A stretch of DNA of 64,000 nucleotides, from positions 1,080 to 65,079 of the forward strand of contig CACDLV010000001.1 of assembly GCA_902553675.1 (NCBI GenBank), read 5' to 3'. Positions 51,592 to 61,887 of the stretch are shown piece by piece (position 1 is the first letter of the stretch; each line of letters begins with the position of its first letter). The translations under genes and the position numbers were made by a program. The notes below the pieces were generated by a model. The model was not told the origin of the DNA, ran no database searches, and saw only the letters and a program-made list of their open reading frames with translations. This DNA comes from an uncultured Pelagibacteraceae bacterium. GTDB lineage: Bacteria > Pseudomonadota > Alphaproteobacteria > Pelagibacterales > Pelagibacteraceae.

Positions 51592-52779
51592 ATGAAATCA
51601 AAAAAGAAAATTGTTCTAGCTTATTCTGGAGGGCTCGATACTTCTATAATTTTAAAATGGCTTCAAGAAAATTATGATGCAGATGTAATTTGTTATACAG
51701 CAGATGTTGGACAAGAAATTGATAGAAAAAAAATTATTACTAATGCAAAAAAATTTGGTGTTAAAAATATAATTATTAAAGATTTAAAAGATATTTTTGT
51801 TAAGGATTATGTTTATCCCATCATCAGAGGACACGCGATCTATGAGGGTGTTTATTTACTAGGGACATCAATAGCAAGACCTCTTATTGCAAAAGATCAA
51901 ATAAGAGTAGCTAAAAAATTTAAAGCCTATGCAGTTTCACATGGAGCAACCGGTAAAGGCAATGACCAAGTTAGATTTGAATTAGGCTATCATTATTTTG
52001 GTCCTAAAATTAAAATTATAGCTCCATGGAGAATTTGGAAACTAAAATCTAGAACAGACTTAATTAATTATGCAAAAAAACATAGCATAGCTATTCCTAA
52101 AGATAAAAAAGGTGCACCTCCTTTTTCAGTGGATGATAATTTATTTCACACATCAACTGAAGGTAAGGTTTTAGAAAATCCAAAAAATTCTGCTCCAGAA
52201 TTTATTTTTCAACGAACAGTTTCTCCTGAAAAAGCACCCAACAAACCATCTTTTGTTACTATTAATTTTAAAAATGGTGATCCTTTTGGAATTAATGGAA
52301 AAAAATTATCTCCAGCTAAATTATTAACAAAGCTCAATGACATCGCCGGTAAAAATGGAATTGGAAGAGTTGACTTAGTAGAGAATAGATTTTTAGGTAT
52401 TAAATCTAGAGGAGTGTATGAAACACCTGGTGGGACTCTTTTAATAAATGCTCATAGAGCAATTGAGTCTGTTACCTTAGACAAAGAAACTATGCATAAA
52501 AAAGATCAGATAATGTCTAGATATGCAGAGTTAATCTACAATGGTTATTGGTATTCAAAAGAAAGATTTAAACTTCAAAAAATTGTAGATTTAAAAAGAA
52601 GCAAAGTTAATGGCTCAGTTAAACTTAAATTGTATAAAGGAAATATTACAATTCAATCTAGAGTTACTAAAAGCAGCGCTTACTCAATGAAAAAAGTCTC
52701 ATTTGAAGAAAATAAGTCATTTAATAAATCTAACGTTGAAAGATTTATCAATTTTCACAAAAAAAAGCTTCGTTCTTAG
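51592..52779 (+). CDS. argG: argininosuccinate synthase
   Basis: LAYSGGLDTS, HGATGKGNDQVRF, KSRGVYETPGG. Confidence 0.98.
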   Translation: MKSKKKIVLAYSGGLDTSIILKWLQENYDADVICYTADVGQEIDRKKIITNAKKFGVKNIIIKDLKDIFVKDYVYPIIRGHAIYEGVYLLGTSIARPLIAKDQIRVAKKFKAYAVSHGATGKGNDQVRFELGYHYFGPKIKIIAPWRIWKLKSRTDLINYAKKHSIAIPKDKKGAPPFSVDDNLFHTSTEGKVLENPKNSAPEFIFQRTVSPEKAPNKPSFVTINFKNGDPFGINGKKLSPAKLLTKLNDIAGKNGIGRVDLVENRFLGIKSRGVYETPGGTLLINAHRAIESVTLDKETMHKKDQIMSRYAELIYNGYWYSKERFKLQKIVDLKRSKVNGSVKLKLYKGNITIQSRVTKSSAYSMKKVSFEENKSFNKSNVERFINFHKKKLRS

Positions 52780-52836
52780 TAACGCTTAGGACAAATTAAC
52801 ATTTGTTTAAATCACTAAAAATTATATCCTTAAATC

Positions 52837-53295
52837 ATGGAATCAATAAAGAATTGGATGAGAGATGCTGCAAATATTTTATTTGATGATAGTAAGAATG
52901 ATCTACGCGCACTTCCTAAAACAGTTAGATTACAAATTCTTTTAGTTTTAAGTTTTATTTGGACTACTGTTTTTAGTTTATATGTTTTTTCTTACACAAC
53001 TTTCGCATTTGGATGGGCTGGACTTTTTTTAGCTCATATAGGTTTAATATTTGCCGTCTATATGACTTTTAAACAATTCCATAGAGCAGAAGAGAAGTCT
53101 GCAAGTGTTTTTCAAACAAAAAATTTTGATCCTTTTAAAATCATGGTCATAGTTTTTGTAATAGTATTTATATTCGTATTTTCAAAAGGAATTGAGGTTT
53201 TGACAAGTCCAAACCCGAACTCTTATTCAATCCCTTATGATGGTCCCTTAAAATCTGCAATTGAAAAATGGTTACCTTTTAGTAAAGATAAATAA
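52837..53295 (+). CDS. hypothetical membrane protein (3 TM)
   Basis: Hydrophobic segments; stop codon overlaps the next ATG. Confidence 0.75.
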   Translation: MESIKNWMRDAANILFDDSKNDLRALPKTVRLQILLVLSFIWTTVFSLYVFSYTTFAFGWAGLFLAHIGLIFAVYMTFKQFHRAEEKSASVFQTKNFDPFKIMVIVFVIVFIFVFSKGIEVLTSPNPNSYSIPYDGPLKSAIEKWLPFSKDK

Positions 53296-53675
53296 TGGAT
53301 AAGATAGCAAAAAACTTACAGTTAGCATTAATGGTTATTATCTTAATCAGTACTGTTATTGCTGTTGGGATTGAAATGAAAAACATGTTTTTAAATCAAT
53401 CTGTTACATTAGCAGATTTGCTTTTAATGTTTCTTTATTTGGAGGTACTAGCGATGGTTAGGGTTTTTTGGAACCAACAATCTATTAGTATTACCCTACC
53501 ACTTCTTATCGCGATTACCGCCCTTGCACGATTTATTATTCTACAAGGCAAAGAAATGGATCCTACTGCACTTGTTTATGAAGCAGTAGCTATTTTGTTA
53601 ATAGCTGGAGCAATTGTTGTTTTAAGATTAAGACATAGTGACAAATTAGGTCTTAAGAAAAAAAAATCAAAATAA
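53295..53675 (+). CDS. PsiE-family membrane protein
   Basis: LADLLLMFLYLEV, PLLIAITALARFII. Confidence 0.82.
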   Translation: MDKIAKNLQLALMVIILISTVIAVGIEMKNMFLNQSVTLADLLLMFLYLEVLAMVRVFWNQQSISITLPLLIAITALARFIILQGKEMDPTALVYEAVAILLIAGAIVVLRLRHSDKLGLKKKKSK

Positions 53676-53681
53676 TTTAAA

Positions 53682-54821
53682 ATGATATTTGAAGCTTCAA
53701 GGGCTAAGGCCTTAAATCAATTAAATAATTTTGTTGAGAATAATCTTGGAGAATATTCAAGATTAAGAAATTTTGATTTTGGACCTGAAAAAAGATCTAA
53801 TATATCTTGCTTATCACCATATATAACTCATGGAATAATTAATGAACAAGAAGTCATTCAGAAAGCTCTAAGTAAATTTTCTTTTTCAAAAAATGAAAAG
53901 TTTATTCAAGAAGTTCTATGGCGAACTTATTGGAAAGGTTGGTTAGAACTTAGACCAAATGTTTGGGCTGATTATCTTATCGAATTAAATCAAATCAAAA
54001 ATGAATTTAAAGATAATAAAGATTATATTGCAGCAATCGAAGGAAAAACAAAAGTAGATTGCTTTAATGAGTGGGTGAAAGAGCTTAAAGAAAGCAATTA
54101 TTTGCATAATCACACAAGAATGTGGTTTGCTAGTATTTGGATTTTTACTTTAGAATTACCTTGGCAATTAGGTGCAGAATTTTTTATGCAACATCTTTAT
54201 GATGGAGATGCTGCATCAAATACTCTTGGGTGGCGATGGGTTGCGGGTGTTCAAACTCAAGGAAAACATTACCTTGCAAGTGAATGGAATATTAAAAAAT
54301 TCACTAACAATAGATTTCAAAATATAAAATTAAATGAAAATGCTCCTCCAAAAGTATCTAAAAAATCTTATCAAATAATTAAACAGGATTTCAATAACCC
54401 ACAAAAGATTGAGAATAAGAATCTTTTAATTTTTGAAAACAATCTCTCGTTTGAAATCACTGACTTTAAGGAAAACAACTTTAAGAAAATTTACTTAGTT
54501 TCTAATAAAAATGAAAATAGAGCAATAAAACTCAGTGAAAAATTAGTGAAATTTAAATCTCATTTAATAGAAGACCAAGAACAAAGATTAAAAAATCAAT
54601 CTATTGATTGTCAAATTATAGATATAAGTGAATTAACAAATATTGAAAATTATTACGGTTTGTATCCAACAGTAGGTGAAAATTTAGATTTTTTAAATTC
54701 TAATAATTTAAAGATAGATTTTTTATATAGAAATCTTGATCAATTAGCTTGGCAATACTGTAATAAAGGTTTTTTTAATTTTAAAAATTATATTCCTAAA
54801 ATAGTTTCAAGCTTTAATTAA
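53682..54821 (+). CDS. DNA photolyase with N-terminal FAD-binding domain (inverted, NewPHL-like topology)
   Basis: YSRLRNFD, SCLSPYITHG, KFIQEVLWRTYWKGWLE, YLHNHTRMWFASIW and DGDAASN..WRWVAG all lie in the first 200 aa. Confidence 0.85.
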   Translation: MIFEASRAKALNQLNNFVENNLGEYSRLRNFDFGPEKRSNISCLSPYITHGIINEQEVIQKALSKFSFSKNEKFIQEVLWRTYWKGWLELRPNVWADYLIELNQIKNEFKDNKDYIAAIEGKTKVDCFNEWVKELKESNYLHNHTRMWFASIWIFTLELPWQLGAEFFMQHLYDGDAASNTLGWRWVAGVQTQGKHYLASEWNIKKFTNNRFQNIKLNENAPPKVSKKSYQIIKQDFNNPQKIENKNLLIFENNLSFEITDFKENNFKKIYLVSNKNENRAIKLSEKLVKFKSHLIEDQEQRLKNQSIDCQIIDISELTNIENYYGLYPTVGENLDFLNSNNLKIDFLYRNLDQLAWQYCNKGFFNFKNYIPKIVSSFN

Positions 54822-55039
54822 AACCAACGAACCATTCCAATAATTCCAGCGGTTGCATAAAAAAATTGCAAGAATAAAATTCCTTTATGACCACCTCTAT
54901 AGGCCCAAATTCCAATTAAAATGGCTGACAATAACAGTAGACAAAACCCAAAAAATTCTATGCCTATATTTAAAGCGACAAACAAAGAATACAATATTGC
55001 AGTTATAACTCCTGCCCATTCAAAAATTTTATTATTCAT
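54818..55039 (-). CDS. small 3-TM membrane protein
   Basis: 73 aa, hydrophobic; ATGA overlap with the upstream gene. Confidence 0.75.
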   Translation of the reverse strand: MNNKIFEWAGVITAILYSLFVALNIGIEFFGFCLLLLSAILIGIWAYRGGHKGILFLQFFYATAGIIGMVRWF

Positions 55040-55755
55040 AAAAGTTTTTTAAAATTATTATAAAGGATTGTAGAGTAGTTATTCATATCTTTCATGTTAT
55101 CTTTTGCAGATTGATCAAACTTTTCTAACGCACCATTACCAAGCTGATCTTCCAAAGCTTTTTTATACTCCGGAACACACCCCCATTCATTAACAGTAGA
55201 ATCTTTTATTTCTATATGAAATTGAATTCCATAAGCATGGTTTTGATATTTAAAGATTTGATACTTGGTAATTGGAGAAGAGGCTAATAAAGTTACATCT
55301 TTATTGTTTTCAATACCTTGAACCTCATAAGAGTGCCATTGTAAACTTTTAATCGTATTAGGAAATTTTGAAAATAATTTATCTTCGTCTTTTTCATTAG
55401 AGAAATTAATATCCATAATTCCTATTTCTGCTGGCGTAGATTTAACTACCTTTCCACCAATCACTTCTCCTAAAAGCTGACAACCTAAACAAAAACCTAA
55501 ATAAGGTTTTTTTAGATTAACAACAAATTCTTTAATTGCTTTCTTTTCTTCTATTAACCAAGGATATTCTTGTTCCTTATAGGTATCCATTGGACCCCCC
55601 ATGCAAAACATTCCATCAAATTTACTTAAATCATCTGGTATTTTTTCACCTTCATCTAACTCAATGGTAGTTAAATTTAATCCATCAGCTAACATTAAAT
55701 CTTTAATGTAACCTGGATCTTCTATTTTGATATGTTGTAATACTATTATGTTCAC
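55036..55755 (-). CDS. class I glutamine amidotransferase-like protein
   Basis: MGGPM, GFCLGCQLL nucleophile, QFHIE triad. Confidence 0.9.
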   Translation of the reverse strand: MNIIVLQHIKIEDPGYIKDLMLADGLNLTTIELDEGEKIPDDLSKFDGMFCMGGPMDTYKEQEYPWLIEEKKAIKEFVVNLKKPYLGFCLGCQLLGEVIGGKVVKSTPAEIGIMDINFSNEKDEDKLFSKFPNTIKSLQWHSYEVQGIENNKDVTLLASSPITKYQIFKYQNHAYGIQFHIEIKDSTVNEWGCVPEYKKALEDQLGNGALEKFDQSAKDNMKDMNNYSTILYNNFKKLL

Positions 55756-55760
55756 TAAGC

Positions 55761-55889
55761 TTAGCTTAGCTTAGAACACTTCTTGGAACAATATTTTACT
55801 CTATCCCAATTTAACTTCCATTTTTTTCGCCAAGTAAATGGTCTTTTACAAACTGGACAAATTTTTGTTGGTAAATTTTCTTTTTTCAT
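55761..55889 (-). CDS. DUF2256-type small Cys4 protein (below the ORF-track cutoff)
   Basis: Read manually: [47 protein letters not shown] overlap with the photolyase stop codon. Confidence 0.88.
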   Translation of the reverse strand: MKKENLPTKICPVCKRPFTWRKKWKLNWDRVKYCSKKCSKLS

Positions 55890-57379
55890 CAAATTGTATT
55901 TAGTTTAATAAATTTATCAGCTTCAGATAAAATTAATTTTTTTCTATCAGATTTCATTTTATCAAATATTCTTACCATCATCGAAAGACGAGGATTTTTT
56001 AAAAAAAATTTTCTATTTCGGTCAATAAATCTCCAATAAAGACCATCCATAGTGTTACACCACTCACCTTTTTTAAAATCCATCATTTTCATAAAATATG
56101 CAGATCCACAAATATAAGGTTTGGTCGCAAAAATTCCTCCATCACTAAATAATCCCATTCCATAAACATTAGGAACCATCACCCAATCTGAAGAGTCTAC
56201 GAACATTTCCATGAACCATTTGTAAACAATTTTTGGCTTAATTTCACAAAGGTTCATAATGTTTGATAAGATCATTAATCTTTCAATGTGATGTGACCAA
56301 CCATGATTAACTGCATTTTTAATTGCATAATCCAAAGGTGGAAGACCAGTGGTCCCATCATACCAAGAACTTTTCATTTTTCTATTTTGTTTAAAAAAAT
56401 TTCCAGTTTCCATTTCTTGAGAATAGGACTGATAAATTCCACGCATAAATTCTCGCCAACCAATCACCTGGCGAATGTAGCCCTCTAAAGAATTCATTCT
56501 AATTTTATTTTTTTTATGAAAATCTAAAATTTTTTGGATAACAAATTCAGGAGTAATTAAACCTAAATTTATATAAGGACTTAATGCACTATGAAATAGA
56601 ATATTATCTTTTTGATCAACTGCATCCTCATAATCACCAAATAAGTTTGATTTTTCTTTTATAAAAAAATTTAAAAGTTTAACAACGTCATCGTATTCAG
56701 TTGCAAACCAAAAATTATTTGTACTCCCTGGGTGATTTTTAAATTCCTTTTCAATAATAGGCTTTAGTTTTTTTGTATAACTGGTTTCATTTATTTTTGG
56801 AAATTTAGGAATTGAAATGTTTTTAGGTAATTTATTTCTGTTATCTTCATCAAAGCTCCATTTCCCCCCGATTGGATTACCATCTGAACCCATCAATATC
56901 CCCGATTTTTTTCTAACATCTTTATAGAAAGTTGCCATAAAAGGTTTTTTTGATTTTGATAAATAATTTTTAAATTCAGCTCTTGAATTTAAAAACATAG
57001 GTGTTTGAACAATATTCCAGTGTATTTTTTCTTTTTTTAAAAATTGTGAAATTTTTTTTTCAAAAAATTTATCCTCTACTTCAAAACTTGAAATTTCTTT
57101 TACTTTTTTTTGTGTAATTATTTTTTTTAATTTTTTTAAATAATCATCATTAAATTCTTTGTCTTCAATTTTAAAATAATCTAATTTAAATTTGTTTTTT
57201 CTTAACGCGTCAGCATAAGAACGCATTGAAGATAAAAATAATAAAATTTTTTGTTTATGATGCTTTTCATAAGTGCATAAACCCTTATCTTCAGCCATAA
57301 AAAATAGGTGGTCTTTTTTGAAGCGGTCTAGGTATTTTATTGGAAATAATTGATTACCAAGTATAAAAAATAACTTCAT
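55889..57379 (-). CDS. bacterial (6-4) photolyase/cryptochrome (PhrB/CryB clade), apparently lacking the 4Fe-4S ligands
   Basis: [63 protein letters not shown]. Confidence 0.9.
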   Translation of the reverse strand: MKLFFILGNQLFPIKYLDRFKKDHLFFMAEDKGLCTYEKHHKQKILLFLSSMRSYADALRKNKFKLDYFKIEDKEFNDDYLKKLKKIITQKKVKEISSFEVEDKFFEKKISQFLKKEKIHWNIVQTPMFLNSRAEFKNYLSKSKKPFMATFYKDVRKKSGILMGSDGNPIGGKWSFDEDNRNKLPKNISIPKFPKINETSYTKKLKPIIEKEFKNHPGSTNNFWFATEYDDVVKLLNFFIKEKSNLFGDYEDAVDQKDNILFHSALSPYINLGLITPEFVIQKILDFHKKNKIRMNSLEGYIRQVIGWREFMRGIYQSYSQEMETGNFFKQNRKMKSSWYDGTTGLPPLDYAIKNAVNHGWSHHIERLMILSNIMNLCEIKPKIVYKWFMEMFVDSSDWVMVPNVYGMGLFSDGGIFATKPYICGSAYFMKMMDFKKGEWCNTMDGLYWRFIDRNRKFFLKNPRLSMMVRIFDKMKSDRKKLILSEADKFIKLNTI

Positions 57380-57406
57380 AATTAAATATAACTAATAAAA
57401 TTTTTT

Positions 57407-58117
57407 ATGTCAGAAAAATATGTAATTTTTGGTGCGACAGGTTCTATTGGATCAAGTTTAGCGGAACAATTAAAAAACTCTGGAAACAATATTCATCTAG
57501 TTGGAAGAAATGAAAGTGAACTTAGTTCTATCTCTGAAAAACTTGGATGCTCACATACCGTTGCAGATGTTTTAGAGGATGGGTTTATAGAAAAAGTTAA
57601 ATCAGATATTTCTGAAATTAAAGGCCTAGCTTATTGCGTGGGTTCAATTGATTTAAAACCATTAAGAATGGTAAATGAACAAGACTTTCAGAAATGCATG
57701 AAACTTAATCTTTATTGTGCTGTAGAAGCTATTAAAGGATATCAGGAAAGTTTAAAAAAAAATAAAGGTTCAATAGTGTTATTTTCAACTGTTGCTGCTC
57801 AAAGAGGTTTTACCAATCATGCAATCATAGCTTCAGCAAAAGCTGCTGTTGAAGGATTGACGGTTTCTCTTGCAGCAGAATTTGCTCCGAACATAAGAGT
57901 AAATTGTGTGGCACCAAGTTTAACAAAATCTAAAATAGCAGAACCAATGTTAAAAAATACTGCTATAGCCGAAGGTATTGCAAAAGCACACCCCCTTAAA
58001 AGATTAGGCGAAGGTAAAGACTCTGCCGCTCTTGCTAAATTCTTACTAACAGAAGATAGTTCTTGGGTTACGGGCCAAATAATTGCTGTAGATGGTGGTA
58101 GATCTAAACTTTCATAA
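57407..58117 (+). CDS. short-chain dehydrogenase/reductase lacking the catalytic Tyr
   Basis: GATGSIG, IRVNCVAP, VDGG; IASAK in place of YxxxK. Confidence 0.88.
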   Translation: MSEKYVIFGATGSIGSSLAEQLKNSGNNIHLVGRNESELSSISEKLGCSHTVADVLEDGFIEKVKSDISEIKGLAYCVGSIDLKPLRMVNEQDFQKCMKLNLYCAVEAIKGYQESLKKNKGSIVLFSTVAAQRGFTNHAIIASAKAAVEGLTVSLAAEFAPNIRVNCVAPSLTKSKIAEPMLKNTAIAEGIAKAHPLKRLGEGKDSAALAKFLLTEDSSWVTGQIIAVDGGRSKLS

Positions 58118-59186
58118 AGTGGTCAAATATTTTATATCGATATTTTTCTTTTTAATATTTTCATCGAAAAGTTTTTCTGAAAATTTTACTTTTAAAATAT
58201 TGGCAGATTTAAACGAGCCATGGGGATCGTCTTTTATAAATAATGAGGAGCTTATTATCACTGAAAAAACTGGAAAAATAAAAATAGTAAATATTATTTC
58301 TGAAGAAGTTTATGAAGTTGAACATAACTTAAATTATTTTGTTGCTGGCCAAGGAGGTTTATTAGATATTATTTACCAAGATAATTACTTATGGATTTCT
58401 TATTCGGAAAATAGAGGGGATTGGAAAACTAGTACATCAATTGCAAAAGCTAAATTAAATAAAAAAAATTTAAATTTCGAAAATATATTTCAAGCTGAAC
58501 CACCAATAGAATCTGGTTATCATTTCGGTTCAAGACTGGCTATAAAAGACAATTATCTTTTTGCATCTGCTGGCGAAAGAGGTGGTGGTATGATTGCACA
58601 AGATCCAACAAGCCATCCTGGAAGTATTATCAGAATTTATTTAGATGGTAGTATTCCAGAAGATAACCCTAAGTTTGATGGTAAATCAGATTGGTTACCA
58701 GAAATTTATCAAATTGGTGTTCGTAATCCGCAAGGTCTAACCTATTCCTCTTTTGATGGAAAAATTTATGCTAGCAACCATGGTGCTAAAGGTGGTGATT
58801 GGTTTGGTGAAATTAAAAAAGGAGAAAATTATGGTTGGAAAGTTTTAGGTTGGGGTGGAACAAATTATTCAGGCTCAAAGATTGGACCTAAATGGAAGCC
58901 AGGTTTTACCAAGGCAATCCAATACTGGGTACCTTCAATAGCAGCAAGTGCTATAACTATTTATAAGGGAAAAGAATTTAATGAATGGGATGGCGAAGCG
59001 CTCATTACTTCTTTAAAAGATAAATCAATGAGAAAATTAAATTTTCAAAATTTATCAAATGTAGAAGAAACTATTATTTTTCAAGACAAAATTGGAAGAA
59101 TAAGAGACATACAAGTGCACCCTGTTAATGGAAAAATATATTTTCTTGCAGGAAATAGCTTATGGTTAATGGAGAAAAAAAAATAA
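58092..59186 (+). CDS. PQQ-dependent sugar dehydrogenase (YliI/GSDH beta-propeller), secreted
   Basis: GQGGLLD, HFGSRL, GERG, GVRNPQG, HGAKGGD, NYGW, GRIRD. The true start may be the GTG near 58119. Confidence 0.88.
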   Translation: MVVDLNFHKVVKYFISIFFFLIFSSKSFSENFTFKILADLNEPWGSSFINNEELIITEKTGKIKIVNIISEEVYEVEHNLNYFVAGQGGLLDIIYQDNYLWISYSENRGDWKTSTSIAKAKLNKKNLNFENIFQAEPPIESGYHFGSRLAIKDNYLFASAGERGGGMIAQDPTSHPGSIIRIYLDGSIPEDNPKFDGKSDWLPEIYQIGVRNPQGLTYSSFDGKIYASNHGAKGGDWFGEIKKGENYGWKVLGWGGTNYSGSKIGPKWKPGFTKAIQYWVPSIAASAITIYKGKEFNEWDGEALITSLKDKSMRKLNFQNLSNVEETIIFQDKIGRIRDIQVHPVNGKIYFLAGNSLWLMEKKK

Positions 59187-59187
59187 T

Positions 59188-60171
59188 ATGAAAGAAAGAC
59201 CTTATCATCATTTACCTGATGGTACTTTCAGGAATCCAAAAGGTTCTCCAGTAATAATATCCAGATCAGGAAAATTTTCTTATAGAACTTTCAGTAAATT
59301 AAGAAAAAAAGTTGATTTATCTTATCCAAAAGAACATGTGATTGAAAAAGAAAAAGTATTAGCTGATTTAGAAAAATATAAAGATAATGATTATATTGCT
59401 TGGATAGGTCACGCGACATACCTTATAAAATTAGGTAAAACGACTATTATAACAGATCCTGTATTTTCAAAGAATGCTGGACCACTTATCTTTGGTCCAA
59501 AAAGATTTACTAATCCCGCAATAAAATTAAATGAGATACCCCAAACAGATATATTTTTACTCACTCATAATCATTATGATCATCAGGACATGTCAACAAT
59601 TAGAAATTTTCCTTTTAAGGGAGCAAAAGTATTAACGCCATTAAACCTCGGTAAATATTTTAAAGGATATAAAGATGTAAATGAAATGGATTGGTATGAT
59701 CAAATAATTATAAATGAGGATTTGAAAATTTCTTTACTTCCTGCAGTTCATTGGTCAAAAAGAAGTTTAACAGACACTAATAAAACTTTGTGGGGTAATT
59801 TTTTAATTGAACATAAAAATAAAAAAATTTTATTTGCATGTGATACTGGATATGGAGAAATCTACAAAGAACTAGGTGAAAAATATGGTCCTGTAGATCT
59901 GACAATGATTAATATTGGGGCTTATAATTTCAAACCAATGTTTGATAAAACTATATATCATACTACACCAGAGGAAGCCCTGAATGTTGCACAAGACCTA
60001 AAAAGTAAAAAAGTATTAGGAATGCATTGGGGAACATTTGTTTTGTCATTAGAGCCAATTATGGAACCCCCAATTAGATTTAAAGATAGTGCTGAAAAAT
60101 ATGGTTTTAGTAAAGAAGATGCTATTATTTTTAAAATTGGAGAAGTTTGTCCTCTAGATAAATTTTTATAG
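59188..60171 (+). CDS. metallo-beta-lactamase-fold hydrolase (NAPE-PLD/RomA-like)
   Basis: WIGHAT, TDPVFS, THNHYDHQD, HWSKR, MHWGTF. Confidence 0.9.
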   Translation: MKERPYHHLPDGTFRNPKGSPVIISRSGKFSYRTFSKLRKKVDLSYPKEHVIEKEKVLADLEKYKDNDYIAWIGHATYLIKLGKTTIITDPVFSKNAGPLIFGPKRFTNPAIKLNEIPQTDIFLLTHNHYDHQDMSTIRNFPFKGAKVLTPLNLGKYFKGYKDVNEMDWYDQIIINEDLKISLLPAVHWSKRSLTDTNKTLWGNFLIEHKNKKILFACDTGYGEIYKELGEKYGPVDLTMINIGAYNFKPMFDKTIYHTTPEEALNVAQDLKSKKVLGMHWGTFVLSLEPIMEPPIRFKDSAEKYGFSKEDAIIFKIGEVCPLDKFL

Positions 60172-61092
60172 AGTTAAATACTTAATTGCAAAAAATATAG
60201 TCCCTATAGAAGCAATAGTAGAAACAAAAATTGCTTTAATTATATTTTCGGGACTTACATTATATGCAGCACATAAAACGATAGAAGTAACTCCGCAAGG
60301 CGCAACACTCACAAAGAAAGCACCTGGTATTTCAGCTGGCAATCCCGCATTAAAGATCACTAATCCAATTAACAATAAAATTATCGGGGAAATGACTAAT
60401 TTTAAAACTGAAATAGAAACAGATAATTTATTAATTACATTTTTAGTATAAAACGAAAGAATTATGCCAATTGCAAACAATCCAACTGGTGAAACACATG
60501 CTGCAAGTTTAGATAAAGTGTATTCAATCGGTGTTCGATCAATATTAAAATTTAATAATAAAAATAATAGACCTATAATTATTGAAAGAATAAATGGGTT
60601 TAAAAATAAATTTTTAATAAAATTAAATAAATTTACATTTTGTTTTGTAGATAATTCAAGAAAAAAAGCAATTATAGATAATAAAATTATCCCATCCATT
60701 AATATGATGCTTGCAACTTGTGTAATTACATTTTGTTGAAAATAAATTTCTGTTATTGGCAAAAGCAAAGTCACATGGTTTGATAATGCAACTGTTAAAG
60801 CCCAAATAATTGACTCTGGGATTGATCTTTTAAAATATTTTGAAGTAATTAAGTAAGCGATAATTCCACATATCGATTGCATAATTAAATAAGAGAAAAT
60901 TTGTTTGAAATCCACTTGTCCAATTTCATTTTGTGCTATTAGTTTAATTATCAATGCTGGAACTGCAATATAGAACAAAAAAAGATTAAAAATTTTAGCA
61001 TGACTAAGGTCTAAAACTTTTAACTTACCAAATACAAACCCTAAAAAAGTAATAAATATAAATGGAGTTAGTCCTAAAAAAATTGTGAACAT
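60166..61092 (-). CDS. AEC (auxin efflux carrier/malonate permease) family transporter
   Basis: About 10 TM segments; FYIAVPAL, NPFI, P.GLFAIG, KLVISP. Confidence 0.85.
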   Translation of the reverse strand: MFTIFLGLTPFIFITFLGFVFGKLKVLDLSHAKIFNLFLFYIAVPALIIKLIAQNEIGQVDFKQIFSYLIMQSICGIIAYLITSKYFKRSIPESIIWALTVALSNHVTLLLPITEIYFQQNVITQVASIILMDGIILLSIIAFFLELSTKQNVNLFNFIKNLFLNPFILSIIIGLLFLLLNFNIDRTPIEYTLSKLAACVSPVGLFAIGIILSFYTKNVINKLSVSISVLKLVISPIILLLIGLVIFNAGLPAEIPGAFFVSVAPCGVTSIVLCAAYNVSPENIIKAIFVSTIASIGTIFFAIKYLTL

Positions 61093-61095
61093 AAA

Positions 61096-61887
61096 TTATT
61101 TAATCGTTATTCTATGCATTATTCTATTTCCTTTGAAGGGTGTTGCCTGATGGAGCATAGATCTGTTATCCCATATAGCCAATTGATTTTTTTCCCAAGG
61201 CAATGAAAATTGAAACTTTTTCTTAATTTGGTGATTAAATAAAAATTTTTTGAACTTTTCTTGATTTTTTATCTTTAAACTAAAACCAACAAAATGTCCT
61301 GGACTACAATAAATCGAATAATTTGTACTGATTTTCCTAATTATTTTGTGTGAAGATTTAAGTTCTTTAATATTTTTTCCTTTTTCTTTTACTCTTTCTT
61401 TTGTTGTAACCGAAATCGGACCCTCAGAGGAATATTTACCTTTAATATTTTTAAATTTTTTTTTTATTGAATTTGGTAATTCTTTATAAGCAAGATATTG
61501 AGAACAAAATTCTGTATTGGCGTTTCCTTTTTTTGGCACAAGTTTTGAAAGCAACATTGTGAATCTTGGTGGCTTTTTTGTATAAATGGAGTCGGTATGA
61601 AATTGCTCACCAAAACTTGGTCCTTTATCTGTTGATTTTCTTTGCACTACTGTAATTTGAGGAAATTTTTTATTTAAACCTTTTAGTCTTGGATAGTTGG
61701 CTAAATTTCCAAAATATTTTGCAAACTTAATGAAAAGTTTAGAAGTTAATTTTTGTTCCTTAAAATATAACATTCCATATTTATTCAGTGCTTTTTTGAT
61801 TTTTGAAATATCTTTATTTGAAATATTTTTTAAGTTTACAATTATTTCTGCTCCAATATTTTTTTTATTTGGAATTATTTTTAACAT
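61096..61887 (-). CDS. Fe(II)/2-oxoglutarate dioxygenase, TauD/TfdA family
   Basis: IGAEI, FHTD (HxD), WDNRSMLHQA, R.MHR. Confidence 0.9.
   Translation of the reverse strand: MLKIIPNKKNIGAEIIVNLKNISNKDISKIKKALNKYGMLYFKEQKLTSKLFIKFAKYFGNLANYPRLKGLNKKFPQITVVQRKSTDKGPSFGEQFHTDSIYTKKPPRFTMLLSKLVPKKGNANTEFCSQYLAYKELPNSIKKKFKNIKGKYSSEGPISVTTKERVKEKGKNIKELKSSHKIIRKISTNYSIYCSPGHFVGFSLKIKNQEKFKKFLFNHQIKKKFQFSLPWEKNQLAIWDNRSMLHQATPFKGNRIMHRITIK

Noticed and set aside
55759-55773. (GCTTA)x3 micro-repeat at the end of the DUF2256 gene
   Set aside because: Too short to support a phase-variation claim, and it affects only the terminal residues.
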